DNA of 64,000 bases, from contig NC_074722.1 of the NCBI RefSeq assembly GCF_947242115.1, positions 29,796,340 through 29,860,339 on the forward strand, written 5' to 3'. This stretch comes from Biomphalaria glabrata. Lineage: Eukaryota. Shown here piece after piece: positions 37,020 through 50,850 of this stretch. Made by a program: the position numbers and the translations under genes. Numbering within the stretch: position 1 is the first letter of the stretch; the number at the start of each line of letters is the position of its first letter. The notes beneath the pieces were generated by a model. The model saw only the letters and a list, made by a program, of their open reading frames with translations, did no database searches and was not told where the DNA came from.

Positions 37020-38110
37020 ACGAGTTGTTTTTGTCCGTCATTTATTCTTCTGTGCCAAACCCACCACATGCTGTGGAAGTCTTGTCTATGGGCATCGCTA
37101 AGTCAGCTAGTTATTCTTCTGCACCCGCTAAACCATTTATGTCCTCCACGAAGCGCAAGTTAGTAATTCTTCTTCTTCCAATGCTTACAGTACCTTCGTA
37201 GCCTTCGAGAGCATTTTCCATTATCCCTTCAAATATTGAAAAGAGTAGGTGAAAGTAGGCAGCCTTGTCTCATTCCAACTGTGGTTTTAAACCAGTCCCC
37301 AATGTTATTGTTGAAGTAGTAGCACTAGTAGCCTGATTGTTCTGGATTACTTGGATTCTGGACAACATGCTATACCACTTTTAAGAAGAACATTAAGACC
37401 TACTTGTTTAAAACTTTTTTAGATTAACTGTTATTCTAGCAATTGTGTTTATGTTTGTAATGTTGTTACAGCGCCTTGAGCCTACATTTTGTTTGTTAAC
37501 AGCGCTTTATAAATAAAATTATTATTATTATTATTATTTATTACTTTTATTATGTTTTATTTACATCGTCGCCCATATATATGCTATATTCTGTCATAAA
37601 CATTCTTGAAATCAATAAAGACTTTAAAAAGATTCTGTTGGTGTTAAAGGTATTTCTCGCTGAGAATACTGAGGTTTAGGATTTATTCTGTTTTGCTGCG
37701 ACCTTGTCTAAAACGGCTTGTTCTTCTAATAAACTTTGTCTGCCATCCGTTTTTAGTTGGTTTAGTATAGTTTTTAACGTGACTTTGGGACTGATGGTGC
37801 AGTAGTACTGACAGAGTTGTAAATTGCCTCTTTTTACAAGAGTGATGATGGGTGATTGGGTCCATGACTTGCGTCATCTCCTGGCTGCCAGATCTTGTTG
37901 AAAATCTTAAAAAAGTGCGTTCATCATGGTTTCTCCTCAAGTGTAAAGAAACTCACCAAGAATGTTGTCAACTCCGGCTGATTTTCCCTTTTTATTTTCA
38001 GGACTTTCACCGCTGATGCTACTTCAGAGCAAAGAATACGATATTCTTCGATGCTGGATACTTGCGGGACGTTTAGTAGCTTCATGATTTAAGGTGATTT
38101 ATTTCGCAAA
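37020..38110 (-). mobile_element. RTE/L2-like LINE RT fragment, degenerate.
   Basis: The minus strand reads K.GKSAGVDNILGEFL at the RT N-terminus, then CKKRQFTTLSVLL, then QGCLLSPLLFNIFLKGIMENALEGYEGTVSIGRRRITNLRFVEDINGLAGAEE around RT motifs 4-5. Confidence 0.7.
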
Positions 38111-38329
38111 GAGAGAGTTCTGTTTTTAGCGGCCCCAGAAAGGGGAAAAGACGCTATTAGTTTTGTGTGGCCTGTCTGCACTGGCGGATCCAGGGGGGGG
38201 GGCGGACGAATTTTAGTATAGAATTCACACAATTTGTATACAAATTTATAACTTATGTTAAAAATATATACTAATTATTTATATTTCAACCTATTTTTTT
38301 ATTATTTCGCCCCCTCCTCTAGTATGTTG

Positions 38330-38830
38330 ACCGATTTGGTGGGGTCGGGAGGGGGCAATGGTATCAATCTCGCCCCCCCCCCATATACTTTCGAGTGGGG
38401 GGGGGCGGTCCAATTTATTTGTAGAAATCACAGCTTGCTAACAGAATCAATTAAATATCTATATGATTAAAACTTGTTATTGATATTTTAACCCATCTTT
38501 ATATTATGTCGTTCCCTGTTTACCGTTTGGGGGGGGGGCGAATACCTCTACTGCCCTTCCCACCTAAACCATTTGAGTGGGGGGGGGCGGTCCTACTTTT
38601 ATGGAGAAATCATAGTTTGTGAACAAAATTAGTTGAATTAATCTATAAATTTTATATTATGTCGCTCCCTTTCTGGTATCTTGGTCGATTCGGTGGGGTT
38701 GGGGGAGGGTGATTGCATGTACTGCCCTTTCCACTCTAGCACTCTGAGTGGGGGGGGGGCGGTCCTATTTTTATGGAGAATCATAGTTTGTGAACAAAAT
38801 TAGTTGAATATCTATATAATATAAACTACG
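38330..38830. repeat. Roughly 185-bp tandem repeat, about 3.5 units, inside the TIR element. Units derive from the subterminal G-run region.
   Basis: The repeated unit reads gagtggggggggggcggtcctatttttatggagaaatcatagtttgtgaacaaaattagttgaat...ggtggggtYggg.agggg. Confidence 0.8.
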
Positions 38831-39589
38831 TATTGATATGTGAACCCATTGTATATTATGTCGTACCATACTCTAATCTCAAATTTTATCATTAGTAAAT
38901 TTAAATGAAAAAGGGTTGTACCAGGTGGGAAGGGCGATATATGCAATTGCATTTCCCCCATCGGACAAACCAATACTTTTTCTTTTAGTATTATAGTTTA
39001 GAAATTACAAAATGTAAAAAATCTGCCACTACTATAATTTATATATACTATAAATTAAATTCTTATATCGAGTCGCCCTACTTTTTTTTTTTTATTCTTT
39101 AATGCCAAATGCAATCTTTAGCAGAAATTATTAAAGGAGCGAGGATTAATCGTTTTCATTCTACCGCCCCTCCCATTTCCAGAGTTTATGTAATTTCACA
39201 TGAATTTATCATAATTATTTTAAGAAAGACTTTGCATTGGAAAAGTTAGAATTCAAACGAAATTTTTCAGTATAAGAGTCATGATTGAGATGAGTTCTAA
39301 ACTCAAATAATATTTACATAGTCGCCTTTTCCCAACCTTTACTCAATCTGATATTTTTCTAGCTAATTAAATTTGGGACTATAACTCACAATTTATACTA
39401 GAGTTTTCTTGAATACTATTTATCGAATAAGTTTTTTTTCGGCGGCGATCCTCAAAGCCAAAATCTAAATATGTGGGGTATCTTATTTTTTCAAGGAACA
39501 AATCGGTTTTATTTGCAATGTATTAAGGGCCTATAAATTCATATTAGAATATCTTTCAAGGTCCTTTTTTTTTAATAGTATGAATAATG

Positions 39590-40440
39590 AGGTTTAGGTC
39601 AGGAGAATGCGTTTCTGCAGTGAAGAATGCAAGAAAACGCTTTTGTCCTTTCGGGCTTCGCACCTAACTCCATTGATGAATAATGAGCTGTAGATGTCAA
39701 GAAAATGCGTTTCTGCAGTGAAAAATGCAAGAAAACGCTTTTAGCGTCGGGGCTTCGCCTTGAACTTCATTGATGAATAATAAGCTGTAGATGTCAGGAG
39801 AATGCGTTTCTGTAGTGAAGAATGCAAGAAAACGCTTTTAGCGTCGGGGCTTCGCCTTGAACTTCATTGATGAATGATGAGCTGTAGATGTCAGGAGAAT
39901 GCGTTTCTGCAGTGAAGAATACAAGAAAACGCTTTTGGCGTCGGGGCTACGCCCCGAACTCCATTAATGAATAGTAAGCTTTAGATGTCAGGAGAATGCG
40001 TTTCTGCAGTGAAGAATGCAAAAAAACGGTTTTGTCGTCGGGGTTTCGCCCCGAACTCCATTGATGAATAATAAGCTTTAGATGTCAGGAGAATGCGTTT
40101 CTGCAGTGTAGAATACAAGAAAATGCTTTTGTCGTCGGGGCTTCGCCCCGAACTTCATTGATGTATGATGAGCTATAGATGTCAGGAGAATGCGTTTCTT
40201 CAGTGAAAAATGCAAGAAAATGCTTTTGTCGTCGGGGCTTCGCCCCGAACTTTATTGATGAATGATGAGCTTTAGATGTCAGGAGAATGCGTTTCTGCAG
40301 TGAAGAATGCAAGATAACGCTTTTGTCGTCGGGGCTTCGCCCCGAATTCCATTGATGAATAATAAGCTTTTAATGTCAAGAGAATGCGTTTCTGCACTGA
40401 AGAATGCAAGAAATTGCTTTTGTCGTCGGGGCTTTGCCCC
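39590..40440. repeat. Roughly 120-bp satellite, about 7 units, inside the TIR element.
   Basis: Unit aggagaatgcgtttctgcagtgaagaatgcaagaaaacgcttttgtcgtcggggcttcgccccgaactccattgatgaataataagctttagatgtc, with internal dyad symmetries (gcgtttct/agaaaacgc and ggggcttcgcccc). Confidence 0.9.
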
Positions 40441-40513
40441 AAACCCCACTAGGGAACCTTATCGCGTTGCCCCACTTTTTCGCCGAAGGTTGAGAAATGC
40501 TGCTTTTTAAAAT

Positions 40514-40708
<195 letters not shown>

Positions 40709-40727
40709 TTCTGTACACACGTTTATG

Positions 40728-40777
40728 CATAGGGTTAGGGTTTACTGGGCGTTAGGGTTAGGGTTTGAAAAAAAATC
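40728..40777. repeat. Short interstitial telomere-like block, 4 TTAGGG units in two pairs, next to the right TIR.
   Basis: Reads catagggttagggtttactgggcgttagggttagggtttg. Confidence 0.7.
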
Positions 40778-42111
40778 GCCCCCCCCCCCACTCCAAAGTT
40801 CTGGATCCGCCAGTGCCTGTCTGTCCGTCGTCCATCCGACCCGTTTAGATCTCGTAAACTAGAAAAGATAGTGAAAATCCGACATAATATACTTTATGCC
40901 ATTCAAAGATCTGATGCAACGGCTACTATTTTCTATTTTGAAAGCGAAAAATCTAATTTTTTAAATCACTTATGCAAGCAATTTTTTCATAAAAATACAC
41001 CACTTTTACAACTATTCATTATTAATAGTAACAAACACTTGAGGCTTATTTTTAACACATTTAAATAGACAGTTGTAGATTTTTTGTCAATTGTTTTTAC
41101 TTCTAGGCTTATTGTTAAGTTATGTAAGTTCTGTTATACTAAGTACTATATTTATACACACACAAAAAATATTATTTTTTAAAGAGAAAAAATCTATTTA
41201 GTATGGGTACAAGTCAGACATAATATAAAACAACAATTAATAAGTATTTTTTCATAATATAGCGTGAACTGTATTGGGTGACATTCAGGATAGTATAAAA
41301 CACCTAACCAAAGAAAAAACAATTTTTTTATTTTTTTTTTACGGAAATGTTTTATTCATGAGGAATACGAGATTGGCCCTTAACAAAACAATTAGACCAA
41401 TTAGATATTCATTATAATACATCAGTTAGGCCAAGTTCACATCTAACTTCACATTCACTTTCAGCTATCCTTTGGTCTGCTGGACCGCTGAGGCACCACA
41501 CGAGATCTGTTAATCTTTTTTTCTCCATTATTTTCTGTCATTTGTCTTTGAAAGAATTTCATTCTGATAAAATTGAAACCTGCCTTTTTACCTGCCTGGG
41601 TGGACCATTCCAGGGTCGATTTTCAGTTTGTGTTTCCACACAAACTGTCTTTGTAACCTTATTTTTCTTTTCATAAACAAATTTCTCTGGCAACACGGTG
41701 GTATTTTGGTCATCGGATATTGTTCTGAAAATACTAGGACGTAGGCTATTACTAATCCCCACTATTCCAACCAACTTGATAGCTACCAAAAAGATACGTA
41801 CAAGACCAATTTGTATCAGCATGTAAATCCATGACCATCGTCTCGGCAGTCAATGGCTCTACCACCGTAACCTTATACCTGCTTCATGGTAAGTATTTCA
41901 AACTTACCTCCGTACTTGATAACAACAAAACTTGGATTCTGGGATGTGTTCATATGATCTCTGTTCATTGTTCAGGTTTAACAAGTAGACCCTACCGCAC
42001 ACAAGTTTGAAACCATGCAACGCCAACTAACACTTGTGTACGCCAAGTCAAGACAAAGCTAAAACCAACAAAACAAAATAATTGTTAGTCCTACCCTTGG
42101 AAAGTATTTGG

Positions 42112-42312
42112 CAGTGGCGTAGCCAGGGTGGGGAAGAGGGGGAGAATTTGAAAATTCCCGGGGCCCTATTTGAAAGGGTTCCCCAAATGAGTGTTCGAAA
42201 TTGTTTTGTTTTTTACATTAAATTTTAAATATTACGCAAAATGCTGAGGGACCCCAAAGAGGCCAAGCCCCTCGGGCCCCCAAATGATGGCAAATTCCTA
42301 GCTACACCACTG
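42112..42312. mobile_element. 201-bp hAT-family MITE, reference copy. It has TIR CAGTGGCGTAGC(C/T)AGG and a perfect 8-bp TSD GTATTTGG.
   Basis: GTATTTGG occurs at 42104-42111 and at 42313-42320. The termini are cagtggcgtagccagg ... cctagctacaccactg. The element has an internal palindromic G/C-run core. Confidence 0.85.
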
Positions 42313-42429
42313 GTATTTGGCATTTTAAAAAAGTGGGCACTACTCCACGTCTTTCTTAAAAATGTATTTTATAAACTTTATTTCAGCCTGCCAATTTAGT
42401 TGTTCTCTTCTCTCTTGTTTAGATTACAA

Positions 42430-42540
42430 TTTTAGCCTACATACCAACATAAATAACAAACATAAAGAGGGGGAAACATAACAGCCTACATACCAACATA
42501 AATAACAAACATAAAGAGAGGGAACATAACAGTCTACATA
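42430..42540. repeat. Tandem duplication of a roughly 55-bp unit.
   Basis: The unit cctacataccaacataaataacaaacataaagagggg.aacataacag appears twice. Confidence 0.8.
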
Positions 42541-45416
42541 GTAGACAGCTCTATACACCTGAATTACATGTAATAAAAGCAAAGTTGCATGGAGAGGGGT
42601 GGGGGGGGGTGCTGCTTGTACGTATGCGATAATAAATCTTTTCATTGGAACAGACGTCAATCCTGGAAAGTGGAGTTACTTCTCTTCCAAAGGGAAATAA
42701 TTTGGAAGAATAATGTTTTGTTTTGTTGTTTGCTTGTTTTTAACGGTGAACGTCTATTGTAAACAGGGAATGTGTTGGCCTAAAGTAAACAATAGAGACA
42801 ACAAAATAGTTCTTTTTAAAACAGGCACTGCACACAAAAAAATTGTCACGTCTTATTATTAAATGAGTTTATTTAGTAATGTAAAATTTTATAAAGGAAA
42901 AGAAGCCTACATATCCTGATGGCTATGACTCCATTAAAATCCAACTGAATCGTTGCACTTCGCAATGGCAGTATAGAAAGAATAAAGTCTAAGACCACAG
43001 CACATCACACTTTTTTTTTTTTAAATATCCAAACTGTAGTTGAAAACTGTTTGATTTAACCGTGCCTAGACAATAACTATCTTACATACATATAAAAACA
43101 AAACTAAATCTTCAGTTCCCAAGTGTGTAGCATACACTGTACTCCGCTACATGTCCTATATAGTCATACACACAGTCACACAGACACTAGATCTAATCAA
43201 AACAGAGAATTAAATCTTAAGCTTTGTGGGTAACCCAGTATTTATGTTCGCTATTGACACAGCTAGCCTTACAGTATCAATAAATTACACCGCTTTTGCC
43301 CCTCCTAAGCTGATACTAGTGAAGCCCCGATCAAGTATTCTATTCAAGCGTTCCATTCGATACATGCGATGCCCTGAATTAAAATAAAAAAAAATTACTT
43401 GCCAACAAAATTCCACTTCCAAAGCATATACATATACGAACGAAATACAACATATGCTAATGAAAAAAAACTATGTATGTAGATGATTTATGCCTGTGTT
43501 TTTTTTTTTATTATTTTAATATATACAGTTCAAACTCTATACAAATCGTTACGAGTTTTTTTCCCAGGCTATAGATAGCACTGCCGCTGTCAAAAAAAAT
43601 TGTTTGTCTTTGTAAGTCGTCTGCTTGAGTTTGACACGTAAGTTTGTTGTGGTGGCCAAGATTGTCTCCCTTATGCTTTTGACAAATTTTATTCTTTCAA
43701 TAGAGATTATAAGTTCCGACTTTCAGGGGTAAGCAATCAGCGTTGCAGTTGATTAAATTTTAACAGACTACTAGCTCAATTGATCTTGTTCATAAGGGTA
43801 TACACTATCGTATGAAAGAAACAAACGTGTCGACAAAATAAAATCTATTCACATGAATGATAAAGGCACGGGGATATACAAATATGCACAGAGTTTAAAA
43901 ATAAAGAATATAATTCGTTTCGTTTTATTAATACTATAAACAGCACGACACCCGTTCTAATATATAAGTTTACCTTTATGAACAAATAAATAACGACAAA
44001 ATTCTTCTTTTATTCATATGAAACAAAACTTGACAGAGCCTTTTGCCAGGCCACAGATGTGACCAACAGGCAATACCTGGCAAGTTGAGGATTAATTTAT
44101 TTATTTACATTGAAATTTATGCCAAAAAAAAAAAAAGCTCACATATAATCACATAGCCTTTCCAGAGATTTCTGATACAGTTCGTTCGTTGTTTTTTTTT
44201 TTTGTTTTTTTTAATAAATTAAGAACTCTTCCACACTCATTGGTCGTCACTGAGAAGTACATTGAATTCATAAAGCGCTGGTTGTGAGTGTGTATGTGTT
44301 TCGTGTGTGAATGTTGTTCGTATTCGCATCTATATCGTTATTGTTACAGTAGTTACGCTGAGGTGGTCAATTGTAGTCAAACTGAATTTCTATTTGATTG
44401 GACCACTACAAATTATCTTTATCTTATTTCGGTGCTTCAGTACAACTAATAAAACGCTAACACTGATTTCAATTGTTACCTTATACACTCACATTTTCAC
44501 AAGGTTTTCAATTCTCCAAGGTGCTTGATTCTATAGTCTTAACGACACAGAAAATTACAGGGTTTTGTTATTTCTAGTAATGCCTGTGTTTTGTATTTAC
44601 GTTGATTGGCTACTGAGTCGTATATCTTGATTTCAAATTTACCGATAACAAACGAAAACTGATCAATATTTAAGAAATTAGGGTTCATAGCCTATTGATT
44701 TTTTGTCTACGATACGTGCGTTAAAATTTTTGATTAGAATTATCTGTTAGTATTTGATAAAGATTATTTTAAGCAGTGTTTACATAACTTTGAAATGCCT
44801 ATGATATTAACTGCAATGTGGGGATTGGAAGTGTTAGAAAATGCATCAATGCATATACTAGGCTCTACACATTAGCGCCCGAAGGGGGGTGCAAGGTGGT
44901 GAATACGGTTTCCGAGTGGCAAAATTCTAACCATTTTTTTTTTTTTTGCGACAAAGGGAAATTTGAGACTTTTAATTACAGTGGGGTCCAGGCGCCGTGC
45001 CTTGAGGTCTCGCTACTCCCCACCCGGCACCTTTTTTTTTCACCCTCCTCCAAAGCACAAGCAATTTTTTTTTCAATGATACATAGAAATTAAAGTCTCT
45101 ACTATAATATCTTTGATCATATCTTGATCTATGTGTTCGTGTAATTAGCATTCCGAGGGTCAGATTTACGGAGACACCTCGCTGTATTGAACTTAATTGA
45201 ACCGCTATGAATTGTTCGATAGGGTTGCAGTTTTATATACTTTTCACGTAGGGAGACTCCCAGTAAAACTAGTCAAGGGAAAGACAACTTGGAGAAGAAG
45301 AATGTAACGAATCGATCGTCCTGAACTCTACTAAGACTCTAAGACTAATCGATCGACGGATTTCGGATAAGATAATAAAAAAGAAGAAAATACAACGATG
45401 TAGACTTTTTAAAGCC

Positions 45417-45848
45417 GATTTTCTGTATTACAAGTTATAACTTGATTTTCTGTATAACAAGGTATAATTTGATTTTCTGTATTACAAAGTATAATTAATT
45501 TTCTGTATTACAAGATATAACTTGATTTTCTGTATAACAAGGTATAATTTGATTTTCTGTATTACAAAGTATAATTAATTTTCTGTATTACAAGATATAA
45601 CTTGATTTTCTGTATTACAAGGTATAACTTGATTTTCTGTATTACAAGGTATAATTTGATTTTCTGTATTACAAGGTATAACTTGATTTTCTGTATTAAA
45701 AGGTATAACTTGATTTTCTGTATTACAAGGTATAACTTGATTTTCTGTATTAAAAGGTATAACTTGATTTTCTGTATTAAAAGGTATAACTTGATTTTCT
45801 GTATTAAAAGGTATAACTTGATTTTCTGTATTAAAAGGTATAACTTAT
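45417..45848. repeat. 27-bp minisatellite, about 16 units (attttctgtattacaaggtataacttg), with a 3-unit higher-order repeat at the 5' side.
   Basis: Direct reading. The 124-aa and 84-aa ORFs across it are repeat artefacts. Confidence 0.95.
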
Positions 45849-45944
45849 TTACGTGAATGTCCAAACCACTAACGGAAATAATTTTATATTGAAGCACAAT
45901 TTGATAATTGGCTATTAAATCGCAATATAGCATCAAACTTTTTA

Positions 45945-46095
45945 CAAAGCATACATCAACTCACTCTGTCTGTCTGTCTGGTATTCTGCCACACCCATTC
46001 TCATATAAAGTTGAAACTTCGCACAATTATTCATTGACATAGACAACACATGAACCAATTTGTTAGAGAGTAACCAATTAGTATGCTTAGTAATA
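45945..46095 (+). repeat. Dispersed repeat family X copy.
   Basis: Reads catcaactcactctgtctgtctgtctggtat...cacccattctcatataaagttgaaact...gtaaccaattagta. Confidence 0.55.
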
Positions 46096-46619
46096 AAATT
46101 GTCCTTCCTATATCAGATTTTACGAGTGTCATTTTTTTCTCAATAATCGACTGAAAGGATTTAAAGGAACGTGACAGACGTATGTGATGGGGGGGGGGAA
46201 TTGGGGGGGGGTTAGTGATAAACACGTAGAAAAATAGAGAGAGGGGGGAGAGAGAGAGGGGGAGAGAAAATGAATGTAATATCGTACAGGTCGGACCTGT
46301 TAAGATATCAGACGAAATGCTTTATGAGCTGATAATGTCATATATATTTCACCTGGTCATAATCAATATCTGCTCCCGTCTTTTACATTGTCTAGATCGT
46401 AGATGCACTATCTGAAGTCCATTAGTTAATTTGAAAAATTGTTATAGACATGCACAGACTTTATTTACTGTTGCAATAAAGTGTTAAGTATTTTGTATGA
46501 AGCTTTTTTTTTAAAGCATAATTAGAATATTTACAAAGGCCAAGTTATTGGCGCCCCTAAAAAAAAAATCGTTACGCTCAAGGCGCATTCAGGTTTTAAT
46601 CTAGTGAATGTTAATTAGG

Positions 46620-46990
46620 GAGTTAAACTCTACCAAGTCGTTGGTTTTCATGTATGATTCAGGCAACCAGTACCATGGTCTAATAGCACTAAGAAAGAAG
46701 GAGCACGTATACGAGTTTGTCCTAGCATATGGAATTAGAAATGTGCCTTTATTTTTATTTCTGAGTATCTTACTAGATTGAATCGTAGAGAGGATGTGGA
46801 GATGGATTGGTCACACCCTTAGAAAAGATACCAACAACAGAGCTAGGTAGGCCTTAGAGTGGAACCCTCAATGACCCTAGACATAGAGGAAGACCTAAAA
46901 GAACGTGGCGACGCAGTATACTAGATGAAGCCGAGAGGACAGGAAAGAGCTGGGAAGCCATTAAAAAACTAGCAAGAGACTGTGGAGAGT
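46620..46990. mobile_element. Mosaic LINE debris. It combines an inverted LINE family A tail fragment (46620-46765) with a plus-strand RTE/L2-type ORF2 tail (..RWIGHTLRK...GRPKRTWRRSILDEAERTGKSWEAIKKLARDCGEWR).
   Basis: The reverse complement of 46650-46760 matches 1783-1880. The LINE tail motif GRPK..W.R....DR..WR lies at 46880-46990. Confidence 0.6.
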
Positions 46991-47232
46991 GGCGTTTTGT
47001 TTTTTTTTAACTTAGGCCTTATGTTCCACGAGGAAAGCAAAAGAAAGATGATGATGATCTTACTAGGTTATATAATATGTTTTTGTATTTATAAAGTTGT
47101 AGTGTTTCAACTAGTTTCAAGTATTAATCCTTTAAAACTCGTACCTACATTTTATAGTAGAATTTTGAAAATCAAAGATTTGATGCACTATATAGTAGTC
47201 TATATATATTCAGACGTTAAAAAAACTATTAT

Positions 47233-47256
47233 ATATATATATATATATATATAACC
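47233..47256. repeat. (TA)12 microsatellite.
   Basis: Direct reading. Confidence 0.9.
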
Positions 47257-47544
47257 AGGATTTGTTTCGTAGGTATGAGGGAATTAGGGTGCGGTAAACA
47301 TATTCCATTTTGTTGAGCTCTATAGCTTTATAACGATTAAAACTCAATATTATTTTTAAAAAATTAGTAAACAAAGCACATATACATTTTATATAAGATT
47401 GATAAGCGTTGAGACGAAACAACTTTTGGTTTCTAAGACGTTTTAAATAGGCCTAGTAATATAGCACTGGCTTTCATAAAAAATATTTCCATACAGACTA
47501 GATGAGGCTAGATAACATATTGCAAGGATGCCTGTCTAATGTTT

Positions 47545-47720
47545 GACTTGTTTTGGACGTCCCTTCAGAGTTGAAGGTAATTTACTTCCTAGTCCAAGCC
47601 TCCCGCGGGACGACGGGGGATGGCAGCGGGCAGGGTATGAACCTGGGACCATCGAAACAACCGAAAGACAGTCCAGCGCGCATACCGCACGACCAGGCAG
47701 CATTCCATTACATCCCAAAC
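47545..47720 (-). mobile_element. SINE family 2 copy.
   Basis: About 85% identical to 13650-13835. Confidence 0.7.
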
Positions 47721-48142
47721 AAAGTGATAAAAACAGAAACGAATAAAAAAGATTAAGGGACATAACTAATAAATCTACTATCGTGTGTATGATGGCCCAT
47801 TACCTCCCACAAATGCCCACAATACATTTTAAATTGAGGTGTCAACAAAGTGGTTTCCGGACAACTTTTGTGTCTACAAAGACAGGCAGGGCAACTAGTA
47901 AACAATCGCTCTTTGTGAAGCTACTGCAATATCACAGATCCATAGAGTTCTATACACCAAAGCAGTGGCGTAGCTAGAGTATATGATGCCTGGTGCGGTA
48001 CCTCATCTTGATGCCCCCCTCCCCCCCCCCCCAAAAAAAAAATTATTAGTAACATTGCAAAACCTTACTTTTTTGTTCAAAATAATATGTATTCATTAAT
48101 CAAATATTGTTAATTCAAAAAAATCACTTTTACATAAACATA

Positions 48143-49200
48143 CTATAAATAAATTTTACGCGCTTTCTTGCTGGCAAAAGTATCAATAATTTTATCAAAA
48201 TCAATTTTTTCCACCAGCTCTTGTTCAATGGACAAAATGGCCAAATTAGTGAGTCGTAAATTTGTCATCGTTGATCGCAAGTAATTCTTAATAAGTTTAA
48301 GTTTGGAAAAACTTCTCTCGCATGTAGCGACGCTTACTGCAATAGTCAAAAATAGGCGAATCATGATGACGATATTCGGGACTGAATCATCTAGCTGATA
48401 TTTTGTTATAAATTTCAAGAGCTCAAAAGGTCCTTGTTTTGGAAGTTAGGAGGCTTCTGATGAAACTGTGACAAACTGTTGAAGCCTCTTTCATTCCAGC
48501 AGAAATTCGTTTTTATCAATGTCGCTAGGAGTACTATCGAGATTGATTTCGACCTGAGGATTTAATAGCTGGGAAGGCGACAAAAATTCATATCTATCTG
48601 CTACACCATGAAGTTGCTCGAATCGGGAGATTATTTCTTGAACAATCCTGTCCAAGGTAGAATAAATTTCCCTTCGTAGCTCTTCTTTGTGTGTAAGTAC
48701 AGAGTCGTCACTTTTCTCACCAGGCATCTTTTTCTTATGGCCGATACGTTTTTGAGGTTCTGTACTGATTCTCAGATCTGAACACACGCTTTCGGCAAAG
48801 GTAATGCTGGCTTCAGCGATGTCCTCTCGATTAATACTTTAAAATGTCTCTAGTTTTTAGTTTGAGTGAACAGTCTTGAATAGACAATCCTTGTTTTTGA
48901 AGGTAGAATTGCGCATCATTAATTTCAGTTAATACAGGAGCCCAAAATCCAAGATAGGTGAGAAAATTAAAAGACTGAATAACAACCAATAATCCACCTG
49001 CTTCAGATCTAGTCGATGAATATTCATCTCTGCTAGTTAATGTCTCCAGAGTTTCTATAATTTTAGAAAATGTATCCCTAACGATCTTGACGGCTTCTCC
49101 TCTGGCGCTCCAGTGGGTCTCAACTAGACGTTTAAGGTTAGTTCAGGTTATTTTGATGAGGATATCCCAGCGGTGTGTTGAAGTTGAGAAAAAGGAGTGT
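48143..49200 (-). pseudogene. hAT transposase C-terminal half, frameshifted remnant. It contains the hATC dimerisation domain (ATCERSFSKLKLIKNYLRSTMTNLRLTNLAILSIE) and a T(R/H)WSARGEAV region.
   Basis: ORFs 48143-48418 and 48491-48787 plus broken frames up to about 49200. The ..THWSARGEAVKIVRDTFSKIIETLE motif is typical of hAT transposases. Confidence 0.75.
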
Positions 49201-49739
49201 GAACGGTCCAGTGTACCAAAAAATGACAAGGCCTAAAGTTTAATAACATTCTTTTCTTTGGTGGGAAAGGTTGAGATGAAGTTATGCTCTTAGGTTTATT
49301 TGATTCATTGTTGATACCTACATTACAATACTCTGATGAATTACGAGTTATCTGTATTCAGTGCTTTATGTTTTTGCATTTTATGATTTTACATTGCAAA
49401 TTTTGAAATGTTTTAGTATATTTTATTCTTTTTGACTGTTGTTTAATTATTACTGTATTGTGTACACTGTGCTGATGGTTCAGCTTCTTCAGTAGGAATG
49501 TTTGAGGAGTGTACTAGAAACATGCTTGTGTGCTGGCTGTCCTTTAGTCTCTAGAACCTGCGGTATTGAAGTAGTTTCTTCTTTTTCATCATTCAGGATG
49601 TCGGCCTCATCATTTTTTTTCTGGATTCAATGATAACCGTCTCATCTTGCTTTGTTGCTTTTAATTGTTCAGTTAATTCATACCCAATAACAGCTCGCCT
49701 ATAGTCGGTGGACTCTGGCAATGATGTGACTTGAAATTG

Positions 49740-50850
49740 TCTCGATACTTCTTTAGACTTAAGAAATTTAAGAAACGCACCTCACTGCGGTCAAAGAAAC
49801 TGCTTTATGCGGATGACATTGCCCTCTGGTCAACCGGGAAGAAAGCCGACTAAATGCATGCGGCTTTACAAGCAGACCTCCAAACCATCTCCTCGTATTG
49901 CGACAAATGACAGATTCAGATAAACGTTACCAAAACGACCTGGTCCCTGTTCAGCCTAGGGATCGACATTCTTAAGGCTCTATTCGAGCTTCAACTCGGT
50001 GGGCTGAGACTCCAACGTGAAAACATGCCAAAATATCTAGGGGTGACCCTGGATAGAAAACTGACAATGCTCCAGCACGTCCAGGAAGTTGAAAGAAAAG
50101 CCTCGGAGAAGTTAGCGTTACTAAGAAAGCTGGCCAGCACAAAGTGGGGTGTCAAAGCTAACATGCTACGCACAGTGTACTTAGGGGCAGTCAGATCACA
50201 AATTGAGTACAGCTATACAGTTCAAGTATATGCTAGTAAAACTGCCCTCGAATCACTCGACTGAGTACAATTACAGGCACTAAGGTTCATTTGTGGCACC
50301 TTTCTGACAAGCCCAACAAACGCTGCTGAAATCTTAACAAACATGGCCCCTTTACATTTAAGGAGGGAGAGGGCGGTACTTACGGCCTACGAGCGCTACA
50401 AAAGGGGCGACTCTAGGCTACCCACCACAATCTTAGTGCAACAATGGAGAGAGAGGAACCGCATTAAAATGCGATCGTTCCTCCACATTGCGACCAATTT
50501 GTCAAAATCAGCTGGGCTCTCCACTGATAGAATTCCTACTAGGAGAATTAGTACTTGCCCTGCGTGGAGGAGATTGCCGGCCCCACAAACAAACATGTCC
50601 CTTATAGGGCAAGAGGGAGCCACCAAGAGGCGATTAACATCTGCCATACTCCAAAACTTGGCATCAGCTACACTAAAGTCCTACCCATCAGATACCATTT
50701 TCTACTATACCGATGGGTCGGTAATGAGGGACCCCGATAGATCTGGGTATGGGGCCCTTATAGTCTACCCAGACCGGAAAGAACCAGAGATGCCGATTTC
50801 TCCATCTGAGCTTAAAAGGGCTTTGAGGCGCCAGCCAGACTAGTCAGTCT
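49740..50850 (+). mobile_element. I/R1-like non-LTR retrotransposon fragment (RT motif YADD, then RNase H IFYTDGS) nested inside the hAT element.
   Basis: Reads LLYADDIALWSTGKKAD, then MPKYLGVTLDRKLTMLQHV...WGVKANMLRTVYLGAVRSQIEYS, then ..TIFYYTDGSVMRDPDRSGYGALIV. Contains stops and frameshifts. Confidence 0.7.

Noticed and set aside
40085-40312. 75-aa minus-strand ORF.
   Set aside because: It reads through the 120-bp satellite units.
45417-45848. CRISPR-like reading of the 27-bp direct repeats. The same reading was considered for the 120-bp repeats at 39590-40440.
   Set aside because: The repeats are contiguous with no unique spacers, in a eukaryotic context. They are minisatellite and satellite arrays.
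45562-45936. ORFs 45562-45936 (minus strand, 124 aa) and 45602-45856 (plus strand, 84 aa).
   Set aside because: Both are translations of the 27-bp minisatellite, giving periodic peptides (LIQKIKLY.. and IFCITRYNL..).
50343-50843. 166-aa ORF, considered as a possible host gene.
   Set aside because: It contains the RNase H signature (IFYTDGS) of a non-LTR retrotransposon fragment nested inside the hAT element.
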